A stretch of 64,000 nucleotides of DNA from Azolla caroliniana. Taxonomy: Eukaryota; Plantae; Polypodiophyta. Below are positions 26,201 through 40,357 of the stretch, one piece after another (the stretch's first letter is position 1; each line of letters begins with the position of its first letter). The stretch lies in the NCBI GenBank assembly GCA_043228905.1, contig JBHGNT010000007.1, forward strand, positions 868,001 to 932,000, in the 5' to 3' direction. A program made the translations under genes and the position numbers. The notes beneath the pieces were generated by a model, which did not search any database, was not told where the DNA came from, and saw nothing but the letters and a program-made list of their open reading frames with translations.

Positions 26201-28775
26201 GTATCAACAAACTTATTTTGGCTACAGTAACAGAGTGACTCTCTACTTGTACTCAACCCAAGAAAATTATTGAATTAAATCAGTGAAGTCTTAGGTAGAT
26301 GATTTCACAATTACAGCACATTCAAAATCCTAACAGATCATAGGAAAGCAGTCTACAAGTGGAGAAACAGTCAAAATAAAAAGTAACCTTCAAATTCACC
26401 AGGAGAGTGCCCTTTGCAACCATTCCATTATAAAATAACCTTACTTGGAGAAGTAATGGAACTTCCTGCAAAAATAGTTCATGAGGAAGCACAATAGTGA
26501 GTATAACAACCTATTAACACACTTTCAAGCTAGAAATATCATCATCATGCTTCTATCAACCTAGAAATAACATCATGTTTCTATCGAGCTATAAATACAG
26601 TGATGCTATGTTATGCATGTGATGTTCATCTTTACAAACTGAACCATTCACAGGTGCGACAAATTATCCAAGAAAAACTATGCATTAAGAAATACCTCAT
26701 CAGCAATCTCACCCTTAACCTTGCCCTTGAAAACAGACGACGGACAACGGTTTGCAATATCAAATGAAACAAAGCCTGTCCCATCTGTGTGTATTAGCTT
26801 CTCACCACTTTTGTCACAAACTATCATGCCACATCTATCCTGTGCAACAGGACTATAATCTGAACAGAACCTTAGCAAATTACTTATACCTCATGGATAG
26901 AACTAGGAGATGGAAATCTTACCCTGCAGTAAATGTCCTCTACAATCTCGACTTTAATGTCAGGAGAATCTAAATCAAGAAGTGGCAATGTTTGTGATAA
27001 TGCAAGCTGAAGTCTGCATACAGATCTAAAAATTAGTTAACATGAACCACTCGTACTTAATGCATTGACACGTTCTGGGTACAAATTTTTAACACATAAT
27101 GTGCCAAAACAAATCAGCATGTTGGGGGAATTGGATCCCAAAATCTCACATTAATATAAGATAAAAGAATCATCATGATCATGCTGGTATATCTATAAAA
27201 TAATTACCTGGCAAACTTTTTGGATAATGTTGGCACTGTATTAATATGCATCATGTATTGCCGAGCTTCCCAAATGCCTTTAAACTGTATAAACTTCGGA
27301 TTCATAAGATCCCACGTGGCGAGAGATTCAGTACACACAAAATAACATTTGGGCATGCTAGAAATGTCTTCAGCCAAATCTTGCTTCTTCTTCTTTGACT
27401 TTGGATCTTTGTATGCTGTTACAAAACTCCAGGAAAGATATAGTCAAGCTGGCATAACCAGACACATGCTCCTGATTTAAGAAGAAAAAAGTGTGTTGAT
27501 CTGCAATGCTTCCGCATCATATCACAAAATCATATATGAAATAAAGAAGCTTACACACTGCAACAAATTCAGCTATCAAAGCCTTGCCTCATGCCGCGTT
27601 CCTTTTTTTCATGAAATAATTCATATGCTTGGGTAATAACATCAAACACCGGGAACGAAAATAAATCATGCTAACATCTTACGCAAAAATCACTAATGAC
27701 AGTTGGTTCTTTTGGTTCATTAAATATTACAAGGAAAAAACATTGAAGAACCTACCGAAGAACATATAGTGTCTAAGCCCAATCCATAAGCCCTCTCTTG
27801 CAACTCTTCTGTAAACACCCTCTACTATTTCCGAGTTCTTTTTCATATCTGCAAAGTGTACACGAAGTACACCACCATCCCCAAACACTCGTTGGAGTGG
27901 ACTACCAGTTTGCTCATAGAACGGACCCTGCAATCACAAAAGCTTGCCAGGAATTATAAATAGGTATTGCCTACACAAGAAATTAGTTAGGATCATGATC
28001 TTGCACCTTGAGCATACATTGTCCTTCACAATTGATTTGGCAATGAAAAACTATATGACATTGCTTTATCTTATCTGTATCAATCTGCAAAATCCAAAAT
28101 CATCTATACTGGATCAAAGAAGACCGCAAACCAGCATCAACTTGGCTTGAACTTTCATTAACTGTCTCCTCTTTTCTCTCTGTAAGTTTAGTAACTTAGT
28201 ATTACCTTCGACTTTTTGTTGCAACATGTGATATGTCGCAACCTTGAATCCATCTCTATGAAATCCATAGCTTTATATCGATTCAATTCTTGAAGGGTAA
28301 CAACTTTAAACCAATCTCCCCTGCCACAAGAGTAAATGGCTAAGACATTTTCCACTAATAGATGGCAAAGTTCATCTAAGCCTTTAGAGAGAGCATTTAC
28401 AACTTACTTGGGGAAGTGACATAAAATCAGGAGCGCTTTTTCTTGGCAAAGCTGTCCATGAGCTTGCAGCAGTTCTTGGGATGGAAATGAAATACCCAAA
28501 TCTATTGTAGTTGTGAAATCCAGCTTCTTGGGAACAACTGAGTCATAACCCCCATAGTACGTTGGACACTTTTGTGATGCATCTTGGACAGCTTTTTGCT
28601 CTGAATCTTGAGGAGATAGAAATAGTGGTGATTTTAGTGGAGAGTGTTTAGCCTCCACTTTTGTGACCTCTGTTAAGAAGGCATCATCGTAGCCTTCCAA
28701 GTCGTAAAAATCGATTGCACTCTCGGTCCTCATGTCATTATTTGGCACCAGAACTTGATGTACCAATGAATGCAT
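23222..28775 (-). CDS. RDR5: RNA-dependent RNA polymerase, gamma clade (RDR3/4/5-like), ~975 aa, 17 coding exons
   Basis: Phase-consistent GT-AG exons: 28775-28408, 28320-28206, 28084-28007, 27927-27756, 27415-27208, 27013-26923, 26839-26696, 26465-26388, 26004-25901, 25717-25569, 25471-25246, 25162-24934, 24816-24677, 24583-24424, 24209-24032, 23849-23665, 23524-23222. Motifs LQRVFGD, IHTDGTGFVS, PLLLQVRLFYNG, LLSYGGVP, GIPLEEPYL, YKSPGLHVGD, DEIANSDLDGD. The start codon is least certain, and the symbol denotes the clade, not proven orthology. Confidence 0.93.
24271..24392. repeat. 61-bp tandem duplication in an RDR intron
   Basis: atatgtaagcttgacaaaggaatatgatatgcaaatcatgcaacatttaa occurs at 24271 and 24332. 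Confidence 0.9.
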
Positions 28776-30882
28776 GTCAACAAATTTCACACCTTGTTAA
28801 CCATTTGTTTCCTGTGCCAGATATATCAATTTATATATATCTAATGTCCTTTGCAAGCACAACCTAAGTAAGAATCATCTCCTAACTACAAGCATCCATT
28901 ACTTTGACTGAAGCAAGGATATTTATTGATCCAAACTAGAAGTATCTGCACAGGAGAAAGAATATATGAAATAGAAACACATAGAGAATAACAAAAACGA
29001 TTTAAAATTTGTAATGGATTGTTATTGTTTCAAACTCATGGAGAGAAGTGGCAAACGCCACTGAAAATGGTAGCATGAAAAATGAGCATAAAAACAGCGA
29101 GAATGTACATGTGAAGTGGATTGTTATTATTACAAGGAAATTATGATTTTGCAAGTACATAATGTGTGCGCGAAAAAACACATAAAAAATGAATTGTTAA
29201 CAGCAATGGTGCGTCAGACCATACTCAGCTACGTAAATTAAGAAATTTGGCTTGCAGATTATGCCAATCTGTGCGTTTACGAGAACCATAGTAGACCTAG
29301 ATGAGCAAAATAAGCCATGTGGTGTTGCAGAGAAGTTCATGTAAAGATATACTGAGAGGCTTAAATAGAAATCAATGAGACAAAACAGATATCTTACTGA
29401 ATCATATTTCACCTTGTTTTCCTTCAGCAAAATGAGAGACACAAGCAACCCGAAGTGCATTACTTTTGGCTCAAATACAAACAAAAGTATGCAAAAACAA
29501 TAATACTAACAATTGCATAAAAATGTTGAGTACCTGGGGGAGTAATTGCAGAAAAATTTGAGCACGCAGAAAACAAATGCATAAACAAAAATTAGAGCTC
29601 TGTTCTTTTCATATGTATAAACAAATGGCAATGGCAAATGCAAATGCAATACACATACAGATAGATAATGCATGTATCAACATACATATTATATTGTCCA
29701 ATGCAATACTACATATATGTACATACAGATATGCATGTATCAATATATATTATTATCCGCTTAATTATTTATTTATAATTCAAATTTTCAACGGATATTT
29801 GCCACCTACATACTACATTTTGGTCTATGTTTTTTATTTTGATTATTAATGTCATATCCAACATAAGCCGTGAGTCGTGACTTTTATAAATCATTATTTA
29901 CTCATTTCTTTGTTATAGCTGTCGATTGATATAATTTGCTTATTTATATTTTTACCCTACCTTTTCATTGATTCAAGTTCCAACTCATCTATTTCTAGTA
30001 CCCCATTCTCTCTACTTGGAACCTTCTCCTCCCTCACAACCATGCTCTATCGGAGAGAAGGGAAGGATCGTTGATGCCCATTAAGCAAGCCCATGAATTG
30101 TCGCTTGCGTGCGTATGCTAACGTTGAATGGATTCAAACTCATCCAAAACCCCCATGGGCTTGTCCCAATGCTTCGCTGCATAGAAGCCACAATGGACTG
30201 TGTCCATGATACATTGAGCATTACTTTTGATGGTAATAGCCCCCAAGCGAGCATCACGATGGTGAGATGAAAATCCCTCCCCGAAAGTTGTTTAGGTCAT
30301 CACTGAATCAATTCATATGCTCGTCGGATGCCGATTGGGTTTGAGCTTGAGATGACAAGATTTTCTAGTGCGTCTATCTATCTTATTTAACTACACCTTA
30401 ATTTGTTTACAACTAAACCCAAACCCCTCGAGCAAATAAATGTGTCACATTGTAAGTTTTTGTGTGCCACTTTTGCTTAATTTCGTGCGTGTTTTGTGAG
30501 TACTTGAGGAAGCCCTACGTTTTGGAAGGGTATAAAAAATAAATAAATAAAAGCACATGAAAACACACTTGATTATGAAAATACTTCAATAAAATGAGGG
30601 AAATAAATAGATAAATAAAAAGGAAAATATACGTAGGATTTAAATGGAAGGCAAAAAATAAAAATAAAAGGTCTGATCCGACGGTGGAGATGAAAGCAGA
30701 TCTGACGGCCGAGATGAGAGCTGAAGAAGGGAGTTATGTACTTCCTGCCTCTTCCCACCCCCCCCACACACCATCAATCATCAAGAAGAAGAAGAAGAAG
30801 AAAAAGCAGCAGAAACGCAAAAAAAAGCAAACCATTTTTATGTTCCCCCTGCTTCCTGAGACAGAGAGAGGAAGGACCACAA

Positions 30883-32750
30883 ATGGGTTGCGGAGCTTCC
30901 AGAGAATTCATGAATGATCCATCATCATCTTCATCGTTGCAGATGAGTTTGAGTAACCCTAACTCTAGCAAGAGGAGGTTCATCGATGCCTGCCGAGAGC
31001 AACTGCACCTTGCCATGGCTGATGCAACCTGCAAAAGCATCGCAAATTCTACCATATCTCCTCATGATCAAGCTTATGTCCACTTAAATGATGGAGACGC
31101 CGAAGACAGCAGAAACCATGGAGGCCCAAATAGAGGAAGAGATGCCGATCACGTGGTGGACATGTCTCATGACAATGACTCTGAAGAGTATCTAGAAAAC
31201 AAGCCGCCATTAAATCAACAAGTCACACCTATCAATCATCAATCACCGACGCCTAACCCTAACCCTAACCCTAACCCTAACCCTAGAAAAACTAGTCCTC
31301 TCCAAGAAATCTCCATCACCTCTCATGGGAAGTTGGTTGGATTGGCCAAGGAGTCGGATACCAAAGATGGCCATGTGGAATGTCCGGGCAATGTGTTCTC
31401 TACGCCTTCCTTGGGATGCCCCGCAAGGTTTCCCCCTCCGCGGCCACCGTCCGGTGCCAAGCTAATGCCGAAGCTCGGCCATAGCTCTTCGTGCTCCTCG
31501 TTGTGCTCCTCGTTGCCCCGTGATAGTTTGATACCCCCGCCCCCGATCCAAGCATGGCTTTGTGATTACAATAGCCTTCCATCAAAGGAACCGGTTGAAG
31601 ATGTTGTTGATGATGCAAATTTGATGGGTAAATTGATACAAGTGCTTTCTATCCTTTGTTTTTGGGTTTTTTGTCATGCATGTTTTATGTTGCATACATA
31701 ATCATGAGATATGACCCGAAAAATGTAAGTTTCCTCATCGTCTGAGTATGTAGAGGGAAGCGCGTACAACTCGAGCGATCCATCTCCAAATGCATCTGAT
31801 GTCTTGGACGATGTCGACCAAAGTATTAAATCAAGCACCAACCTCTCGAACACAATTGATGAGTTTATTGAGAATTTAGAGGTATAGAACATCCCTCTAG
31901 AAAAGCATGCTCAATGACCTAATTGGCAATTTAAAGGTTTAAAGAAAGACAATGACCAAGATAATTCTCATACTAATAGCATGTCATTCCAAACAAGTGT
32001 CACATTATGTGTTCTTAACATGTATATGAAATGTATCTACAGGCTGATTGGCAATCACATGCTATAGAAACAAAGCTAGATGTTATGAATACTGATTGCG
32101 ATCAATTGGAATCCCATATCAAGTCCATTAGTCCCCTAAATACATGTAATCTCTACATATTCTAATGTTGTGAAATGTAATCTATCATAAAACTTGTTTT
32201 GACAAACATGTGCAAACATAGCACAGCTTCACATCCCATATAAGAGAAATACTTCTAATGACATATGATCTCTCATAGGCATAAGAGAACTCTCAGAGCA
32301 TTTCGACAAGTCTAATGAGCATTTGCATATGCCTACAACTCCGAGAATGGGTTCTTGGCAATCAAAGCTTTTGGAGACAATTGATAGAGATATCGCCAAC
32401 ATTCTACTCAATGACCAAGTTGATGTTGCTTCCCTAAGCAAGGACGACATTAACGAGTTAAATGAGAGCAACCATGTCGGTCACACAAGATATGAACATA
32501 TTGAATTTTGAGGTGGAACCTTTTGCCAATAATTTGTTTATTCCAATCATTTGCTCTATCCCTCAAAACCAAAATCTAATTATTTTTTTTGTTTACAGTT
32601 GATACTTTGGAGGTTTCTTGTACATTGAGAAAAACCTTTCAACCTTTTTGGACATTGCAAACAAAAATGGAACCTACCAATGTTCCTTGTTTTAACAAGA
32701 CATTACATACTTATCGCAATGTAAATGCATTGCCTTTAAAAGTTGCTTAG
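30883..32750 (+). CDS. Uncharacterised multi-exon protein with N-terminal MGCGAS myristoylation/palmitoylation signal
   Basis: Exons 30883-31627, 31754-31881, 32043-32145 and 32279 onward join in frame with GT-AG sites. The CDS ends either at the stop at 32511 or through a fifth exon 32599-32750. Ser/Pro-rich with no recognised domain. Confidence 0.65.
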
Positions 32751-32969
32751 AGTATCTTTAGACATCCCACAATTGAATGATAAAAAGATTCTAACATCCA
32801 AATATGTAACCATGATATTTTCATCATAATAAAGCGCATGCCTTTCAACATGAAGGATGTGGATTGAAGTCTCGAGAATAGGGTTGGATGTTGCATTCAT
32901 TTTAGAAACCTCGCCATAATTTTAGCTTTTGATGATCATGCACATAAACCAAGTTTGCTTCTAACAATC

Positions 32970-33298
32970 CAAAGAGTAAATAATTTAGCATGAAGCTTGA
33001 AAATCCAACGCCAATGAACAAATTTTTGGCTTCTACTTGTTCTACTCACCAAGTATCTCAATAGTCAATCATATATTTTTGAATTCAAACAAAAGCTATA
33101 ATTAAGTAACAAGGCAATGAAAGCCCCACCATTTCAGAGAAATCAAAAGAGTAAATACTTTAACATTAAGCTTGAAAATGCAATGTTATGAACACAATTT
33201 TTAGCTGACTAGTTGTTCTACTCACCAAGTATGTCAATCGTCAATCATATAATTGAATGAAACAAAGGCTATTTGGTAACATGACAATGGAAGCCCCA
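32970..33298. repeat. Diverged ~175-bp tandem duplication
   Basis: aaagagtaaata...ttgttctactcaccaagtat.tcaat.gtcaatcatata...aagcccca occurs twice (~32971 and ~33146). Confidence 0.8.
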
Positions 33299-35177
33299 TG
33301 AAAATGTTTACAAGAAAATACGCCCATATGTTAGGGAGATGCATATCATGAGGCCACCATTAATTACAAAGGAGGGTGGCTTCCTTGTTCCTACGATTTA
33401 CCCTTGTTTAGATAATAATGTGACAATCCAATTTAAATTTAAATTACTATTACCTGATCAAAATTGACACATTAACTTTAATGCGTTTAAGTTTTATCGT
33501 TGTAATGTTAAATGGAACACATTTGTAGGAGGGAAACATTTATTATTGAAAGGTTCTTTTTGTGATAAACAAACTTCAAGAAATGTTTTGGAATCTTTTA
33601 CATTTTTATTAATACTTCTACTGCAATGTCCATCGTTTCATGTTACCACATGGTACAAAAAGTTAAAACTTTAGAAACTCTTATCACTGCAAGGAAAATT
33701 AAAATTCAACTGTCAAAGAGAAAGATAGAGTCCTTGGTGGTGTCGAATTGTTTGCTCTAAAAAGAAAGGGGGTATTTGCAAACCGTGCTAATTCATTAGG
33801 GAATTACAAAGACGTAAAAAGAATAACAAAGTAAAAAGTTAGGACGTCGTTTACATATATAGGCGTATTTAGAGGTAACCTTTGTTAAGCTCACATAGTA
33901 AAAGTCAAGGATAACCTTGTGAACATAAAACCTTGATGGGGTAAGGGGGGGGAGGGATCAATTATAAAAACTAGTGAAAAGGAGACCTACAATCTAAAAA
34001 GTTTATGTGGGACAATTCCAAGGAACGATGAATCGTCATGAATTGTAATAAGATACGTATTCATGTCTTAGGAAGTGACCAAGCCTTGGGCTTTGACGTC
34101 ACAATCACATGTTCCTAGAAGACATTGACACACTTAGCACATGTTCGCAAGGGCAAGTCATCTTGTGAGCATTGATAGGGAAAAGCTCCAATTTACTATC
34201 ATTTGCACTTGCATTATTAGAAAACTACCTTTACATTTTAAAATTGAGAGCGTGCATTTCAAATCACACAATGTTTTAGAATGAAGAAACCTTCTCCTAG
34301 TAAAATAACACTCAATAAATAATTTCAACAAATTTAGATCCAGGTTTATTACCTTCTGGTAGATTAGAACATTGATTTTTAAGGCCTAACATGATATTTT
34401 ATTTGAGCCTAACAAAAGTAGAAATAATAATGTCGAGACAATTTTTTGTTTGCATTTGCAAGAATCAAAAACTTTTGTCTTGAGAACGAGGCATTGCTCT
34501 GTCTTCCTCCCGAGTTGCACTTACGAGGCTTGCATTTTTTTTTCTTTTTGTTGGATGAAGTGAGAGCTCGTGAGGTGTGACATAACCTCTAGAAAGTGGT
34601 TACCAACCGTGATGATCCAACCTCGGGATTATATACATTGTCGGATTTGCTCGTGGGTGCAAGAAAAGGAAAACACATAGGTACAACCTAAATAATTCCT
34701 TTTAGTAGATTGTATATTGTAGACGTTGGAGAGAGAGAGAGAGTCCATATTATATAAAGAGAAGTTAGATCACCTATTAAAAAGTTTCATGTTAAAATTG
34801 GTTAAAATTGAGAAACCTTGTATGAGCTTTATATATCTTATACATTCCGCGAGTCACCAATATGTTGTTATATTGGTGCGTACAAAAAAGCATTAATAAG
34901 ATGAATTACAAATATTGTTGTTTGTGGGAAATCAATCGACTTCTTGTAGAGGTTTGAGTTTTGAAAAGAAATCAATGACCCTTATCCATAAAATTATACA
35001 GATAAATGAAACTTTGAGTGTGTCATGTGTTTGAGATGATAATGTAGGCATAATTTGGACATTACAACCATCAAAGACGAGGTTGATTGATGGGTTTATG
35101 AAATTCGATCATAAATGCTACATTGAACCATTAGCATAATAGAAAGTTATCTTAGTATAATATTGATGAGGATGGCA

Positions 35178-36200
35178 TTTTTTTTTTCCCTAAAAAAAAC
35201 TCCTTCCATTAGTTATAAATATTTACAAATGAGATTATTATGTACAAATCCTTGTAGGGACGCGATAGTTCCATCTTATGTGGATGCCCACTGACTCAAT
35301 AAAGGGAGAGGACGACCATTGTTGGATGAAGGCAATTCATTGTCTTTCAACTCAATCGAAGCCGCCCTTGAGGCCATCATATTGGCTCTTTAGAGTGGCT
35401 ACAATTCCATTCCATATCTCTTGCAGTAACATTGTTGAATGCGTGGTTTGGTTGGAGAAGACCCGTCTACACTATTGTTTCCATAGAATCCAAAGAGTTA
35501 TTGGGCTGACCAATCCCAACACAACTTGAGATTTTTCATTAAGAGGAGTTGAGTGGACATTGCCGATGGTGGAGACAAAAACCTCTTGTGCTTTTATCAC
35601 CAAAGTCATCCCCTCCCCATGATGCTCGTATTTGCCAGCTAGGGTCTGCCATGATAGCCAACATATATTTCCCCACTTGATTGAACCTTGCACCTGGCAT
35701 AATTGCAACAAGCGGCCAACCCCCCCCGCCATATTCGATGGGACGCTGGACAGTCCCACAGAGTGTGTCGTATATGATTCTACTGCATTTGGACACTCAA
35801 CACAATTAGGAGAACTAAGGTTCCCACGTTGCCATGCTCCCACCGGTAGTGACTTATGTATTAATAGCCATTGGAACATGGTAATTCGCCTCGCGTGTTG
35901 TTGTTTCCAGATTTTCTACCAAAACTTGGTGATAATTGTGTGAGGAACTTGATATGTGTGCCAAACCTTTGCAGCAGCCGGCTCTCGGACGGTTTGAGTA
36001 GCTAGAATGTAGTGACTCAATCTAGTTGTGAATTGGAAGAAAGGGATGGGTTTGCTTCCTTACCCTGCGTAAGGATCACACCATGTCCATTGCAAAGGGT
36101 CCCAACTTACCTTACGTAGCCATGTGTTTTCATGAGTACATATGTGCCAATCGGGTTGTACTTTAAGAGGATGACATATTGATTTGTCTTGGATAACCAA
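35178..36200 (-). mobile_element. 5'-truncated LINE 3' end (zf-RVT-like region) with A-tail
   Basis: FQWLLIHKSLPVG...CVEC..VES..H and TLWILWK motifs. The T-run at 35178-35187 is a minus-strand poly(A). Confidence 0.65.
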
Positions 36201-37931
36201 ACACCTAATTTATGATCATTCACCTAACCTTGGTATGCAATATGATTGGGAATTTTTTTAAATATATCTCTTATTTTCAGCCATAACGTTTAAACCCAAT
36301 TACTAACATGAGGCATATGATATAATCAAAAGATTTTTGTATGAATGGATACAACATGGTTTAGTTGGTTCATCTAGTTGGTTTAGGTATGCAACATGTT
36401 GGTGCGTACAAGAGAATATCAAATGAATATAGTCGTTAAACGATCATGTGGGGTATTGTCGTGTATAACACGAGAATGTACAAAGCTCGCCTCACTATTC
36501 TAGTAAGAGTCATTTTTTCCCACAGACATTTGAGCTGAATTTAAGCCTTTTTGCCACTTGTGCGCTCAATTAGGTTAACATCAAAAGCATCCCTTGTGGC
36601 ATAATTTGAATGCCAAGTAATTTACCTTTGAAAACAATGCCAACACAACATTGTGTTTGCAATGTCATGTTGATTATTGTTTTGATTTTCATTAATAAGG
36701 GCGACATCTAAAGCACTTGTGCAAATGTAGCTTGAAATCAAAGAACTTTATCTTTGAAAATATACAGTCACACAACATTGTGTTCAAATTGTCATGTTGT
36801 TGGTTGTGTTGATTCTCACATTTATATTCACGTTGATTATCAAAACTAATCACCATGGTAACATCAATTCATGCCGTACAATTGCTCTTACCATATTGAT
36901 GAAGCTCACATATATAATAAAAATCCTAAGGTAGTAGATTCTAATGATGAGTGTATCATATAATCCAAGGCTAAAAGTTTTTCATTAACAATTATATCTC
37001 AAATTACTAGGAGTACTTTTGATGTTACCAACATGTTTTCCCTAGGAATTACATAGTAGAGGATATAACACATGGCACACGACAAACTCACGGATGATAG
37101 GTAAGTTTTTAAACTTTATTCGATGGGATGATCAGTTGTATTCCATTTGGAACGAGGACTCTAAAGTCTAGGTAGACCAATGTCGTGCTCAAATTCCGAG
37201 AAAAGGGAGAGACTAGAGAGGGGGGGGGGGGGGTACTTATACCAATGTTGTAGCCTATAATATGATAATTGTTCTAAAGTTAACGATGAGGGAACAATCC
37301 CAAGGATGAAGCCTTGGGATTGGGATTGATCAACGTCTAAATAAGTTATAATTTGCAATCTAATGGGGACGTCCAACATGTGTGGTCTCCGAGTCCTAAC
37401 GAGTGTCGGTTCTCTTTTCCTCTTTTCGCGTGTGAGAGAGAATTGTTTAGGACTTGGATCACGTCGAATCTCCATCTCTCTCAACACAAAGAAGCTCATT
37501 TTTTTCTCCATAAAGATTAATAGAATATGTGTCATTTGTAAAAAAAATGTGTGATACGATATACACTTAAATGTAATGTAATGGGGGAGCATGAGAGATG
37601 AAAGCAAATGTACATGTAATAGCTCGTCCGTCGAGATATATAGGAGCATTAACAAAAAGCGAGAGAGGCAAGGGGGGGGGTAAGCTCGTGTGATTGTGAT
37701 TGGTCAAGCTGACTGATGAAAATGCGGGAAGCCCCACGAGAGAGAGCGATCTCGATTATACAACCATGTGTGCTCGAGGGGGGGGGGAGATAGAAGCACA
37801 AGATGTGAAAAGGGGGGGGGGGGGGGAGCAAGAGCATAATAATTAAGGGAGCATGATGAGGCAAATCGCGATTAGCGAATGGATTAGGGGGGGGTTGAGG
37901 TGATAGTGAAAGGGAAAAAAAGAAAGGAGTG

Positions 37932-38298
37932 ATGGGTGAGGAGGAGGAGGATTACGAGATGGTGATGATGATGGGAGGGGTAGGGGTAGGGGTAGGGGTG
38001 GTAATTAGCGAAAACGCGAAGGGAGGGCATGCGGGGACGAATAACCCAAAACTGCACCACTTCTTTCCTAACGGAGGAACAGGAACAGGAACAGGAAGAG
38101 GAAGAGGGGCGACAGCGACAGCGACAGGAGCAGCGAGATTTGCGGAGGAGGACCCGGTCGTCGCTATGGACTGCAGGCTGACGCTTGGCCTTCCGCAAAG
38201 GCCGCCGCCCTTTACGCCGCCCTTTTCGCCGCCTCTGCCGCCGCTTTTCTCGGCCCACCTTCTTGATTCTCGCCTTTCCGCCGGCAAATCGCCAACAG

Positions 38299-38341
<43 letters not shown>

Positions 38342-40357
38342 TTCTTTCTCCTCCTCCTCCGATGGCCTCCCCATGCCCGTCCATTCCACTACCGCTCCTC
38401 CCCATAGATCTCAGGTATATATATGTAATTATATAGAATTACCGGCATGTAATTTGCACAGAGACTGTCAAATTGATTCATAATTGCTTCGTCATTTCTT
38501 GTCCGCCATGCCCAAAACCCTAATCCATATCATCCATCGTCACCTCCTCCCCCCAACCAACCAACCAACCATACATTGTCCCTTCCAAACCCTAATTACG
38601 ATTCTGTCTTCCTCCATACCATCTCCCATTTCCAAACCCTAGCTCATGTTAAATGTTACGATACCCTAATTTTCAAAGTTACCATCTCCAAGCCCTAATT
38701 CTAAAAATGATCGATACCATCTCCAAACCCTAATTTTCAAAGTTACCAGCTCCAAGCCCTAATTTTAAAAATGATCGATACCATCTACAAACCCTAATTT
38801 TGAATGTTACCATCTCCAAGCCCTAATTATAAAAATGATCGATACCACCTCCGTACCCTTATTTTGAAGGTTACCAACCCTTAAATCCTACTTTTAAAAT
38901 GATCGCTACCATCTCCAAACCCCTAAATTTTAAAATGATCGATACCATCTCCAAACGCTAATTTTGAAATGACAGACACCATCTCCGAACCCTAATTTTA
39001 AAATGATCGATACCCATCTCCGAATGCTAAATTTTAAAATGACAGATACCATCTCCAAACCCTAATCTCTAGGCCCACGCTCTGCTCTGCTGCTGTCGCG
39101 CTAGCCAGAAATTCCCAAGCCTCATCTTAGAAGTCTGATGCATTCGGGAAAGTCTCGCAATTAATTTATTATTTGACCCTTGTTGTTCTGCTTTGGCTGT
39201 CTGCAGAAGAAGAAGACGACGAAGATAATGTGGAGCTTCAATGGAGAAGATCAGATGAGTAAGCAGTATACATTAGCAGAGATCGACAATCCTTCAACAT
39301 TCTTCAGTCCTGATCATCATCATGATCCTCATCCGGAAGACGATTTAATGTATGATTTCCACAATATCAGTTACGAAGATAATAATAATAATAACACGAT
39401 TCAGTTCAATCCCAGCTCAGAAAATAATAATTATGACGGTGAGGATGATGAATACTGTACAGTAATGGCGCACCAGAATGATCCTCACATAATAAATGAG
39501 GAGCAGCTACTGCCATTAGAGGAACCACAGGATAATAATTACAGTAATTCTCATGACCATGCTAATAATGGCGGATTTAATCCGCCTAATCAGATCTCTA
39601 ATTATACCTCATCAATTCATGACCACTGCCAATCACAATTTTCTACCGCTACAGCTACAGTTACTGCTTCTGATCATCGTCTATTTCGGCATAAAGATCT
39701 TCATCAACAGCAACATCCTTACATTAATCCATTACTAAATCATGATCGGATTGGAAATAGTAATGCTTCCCTGACCATGAATCCCACTTATTATGATCGC
39801 CATCACTATAACTATGTGCAGAGCATGATGAACCCGTGCAGCAGAGTTTGTGCTCACTGCAAGACCAGGAAAACTCCCCTCTGGAGAAATGGACCTCACG
39901 GGCCTAAGGTAACATTAATCATCATGCAAAATTAGACACACCAAAATTAATCAGAGTTTAACTCCATAATTAAATTAGATCGAACTAACTAATTGAAAAA
40001 TTTCCTGTCTGTATGCAGTCACTGTGCAATGCATGCGGGATCCGATTCAAGAAAGAGGAGAGGCGGAATCATACCATCAATAGTGGTCCTGGACCATCGC
40101 TAGATGTATACTCTGCAGGAAACGATCAAAACATCACTAATCGCTACAAGCATATAACTGATCAGCACGACATGCATCATCTTACCATTAATCGCAGTGC
40201 TGAAGGCGCTAACCGATTACATGCTAATCATGATTATATCAGTATTAACCATGAAGTTAATGTGGGTTCCTTCAATCACAGTACTTATCATAATAATAAT
40301 CGTCATCATCATCATCATCATCATAATGTCTTCTCCAGTAGTCTTCATATCGATTGA
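37932..40357 (+). CDS. HAN: HAN-domain B-class GATA transcription factor (~507 aa, 3 exons)
   Basis: Exons 37932-38414, 39207-39908 and 40019-40357, all phase 0 and GT-AG. MDCRLTLGLP resembles the HAN motif (VDCTLSLG.P). GATA finger CAHCKTRKTPLWRNGPHGPK|SLCNACGIRFKKEERR matches the HAN/GATA18 type. No C-terminal LLM motif. Confidence 0.88.
38510..39070. repeat. Intronic minisatellite (~30-36 bp units) rich in telo-boxes (AAACCCTAA)
   Basis: Unit taccatctccaa(a/g)ccctaatttt(c/g)aaa..(gatcga) repeated more than 12 times. Confidence 0.85.

Noticed and set aside
31252-31285. (CCCTAA)n vertebrate-type telomere repeat
   Set aside because: Only ~5 units, inside an ORF encoding PNPNPN. An ordinary coding microsatellite.
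37884-38405. Arg-rich and Glu-rich minus-strand ORFs
   Set aside because: Antisense shadows of the low-complexity HAN exon 1.
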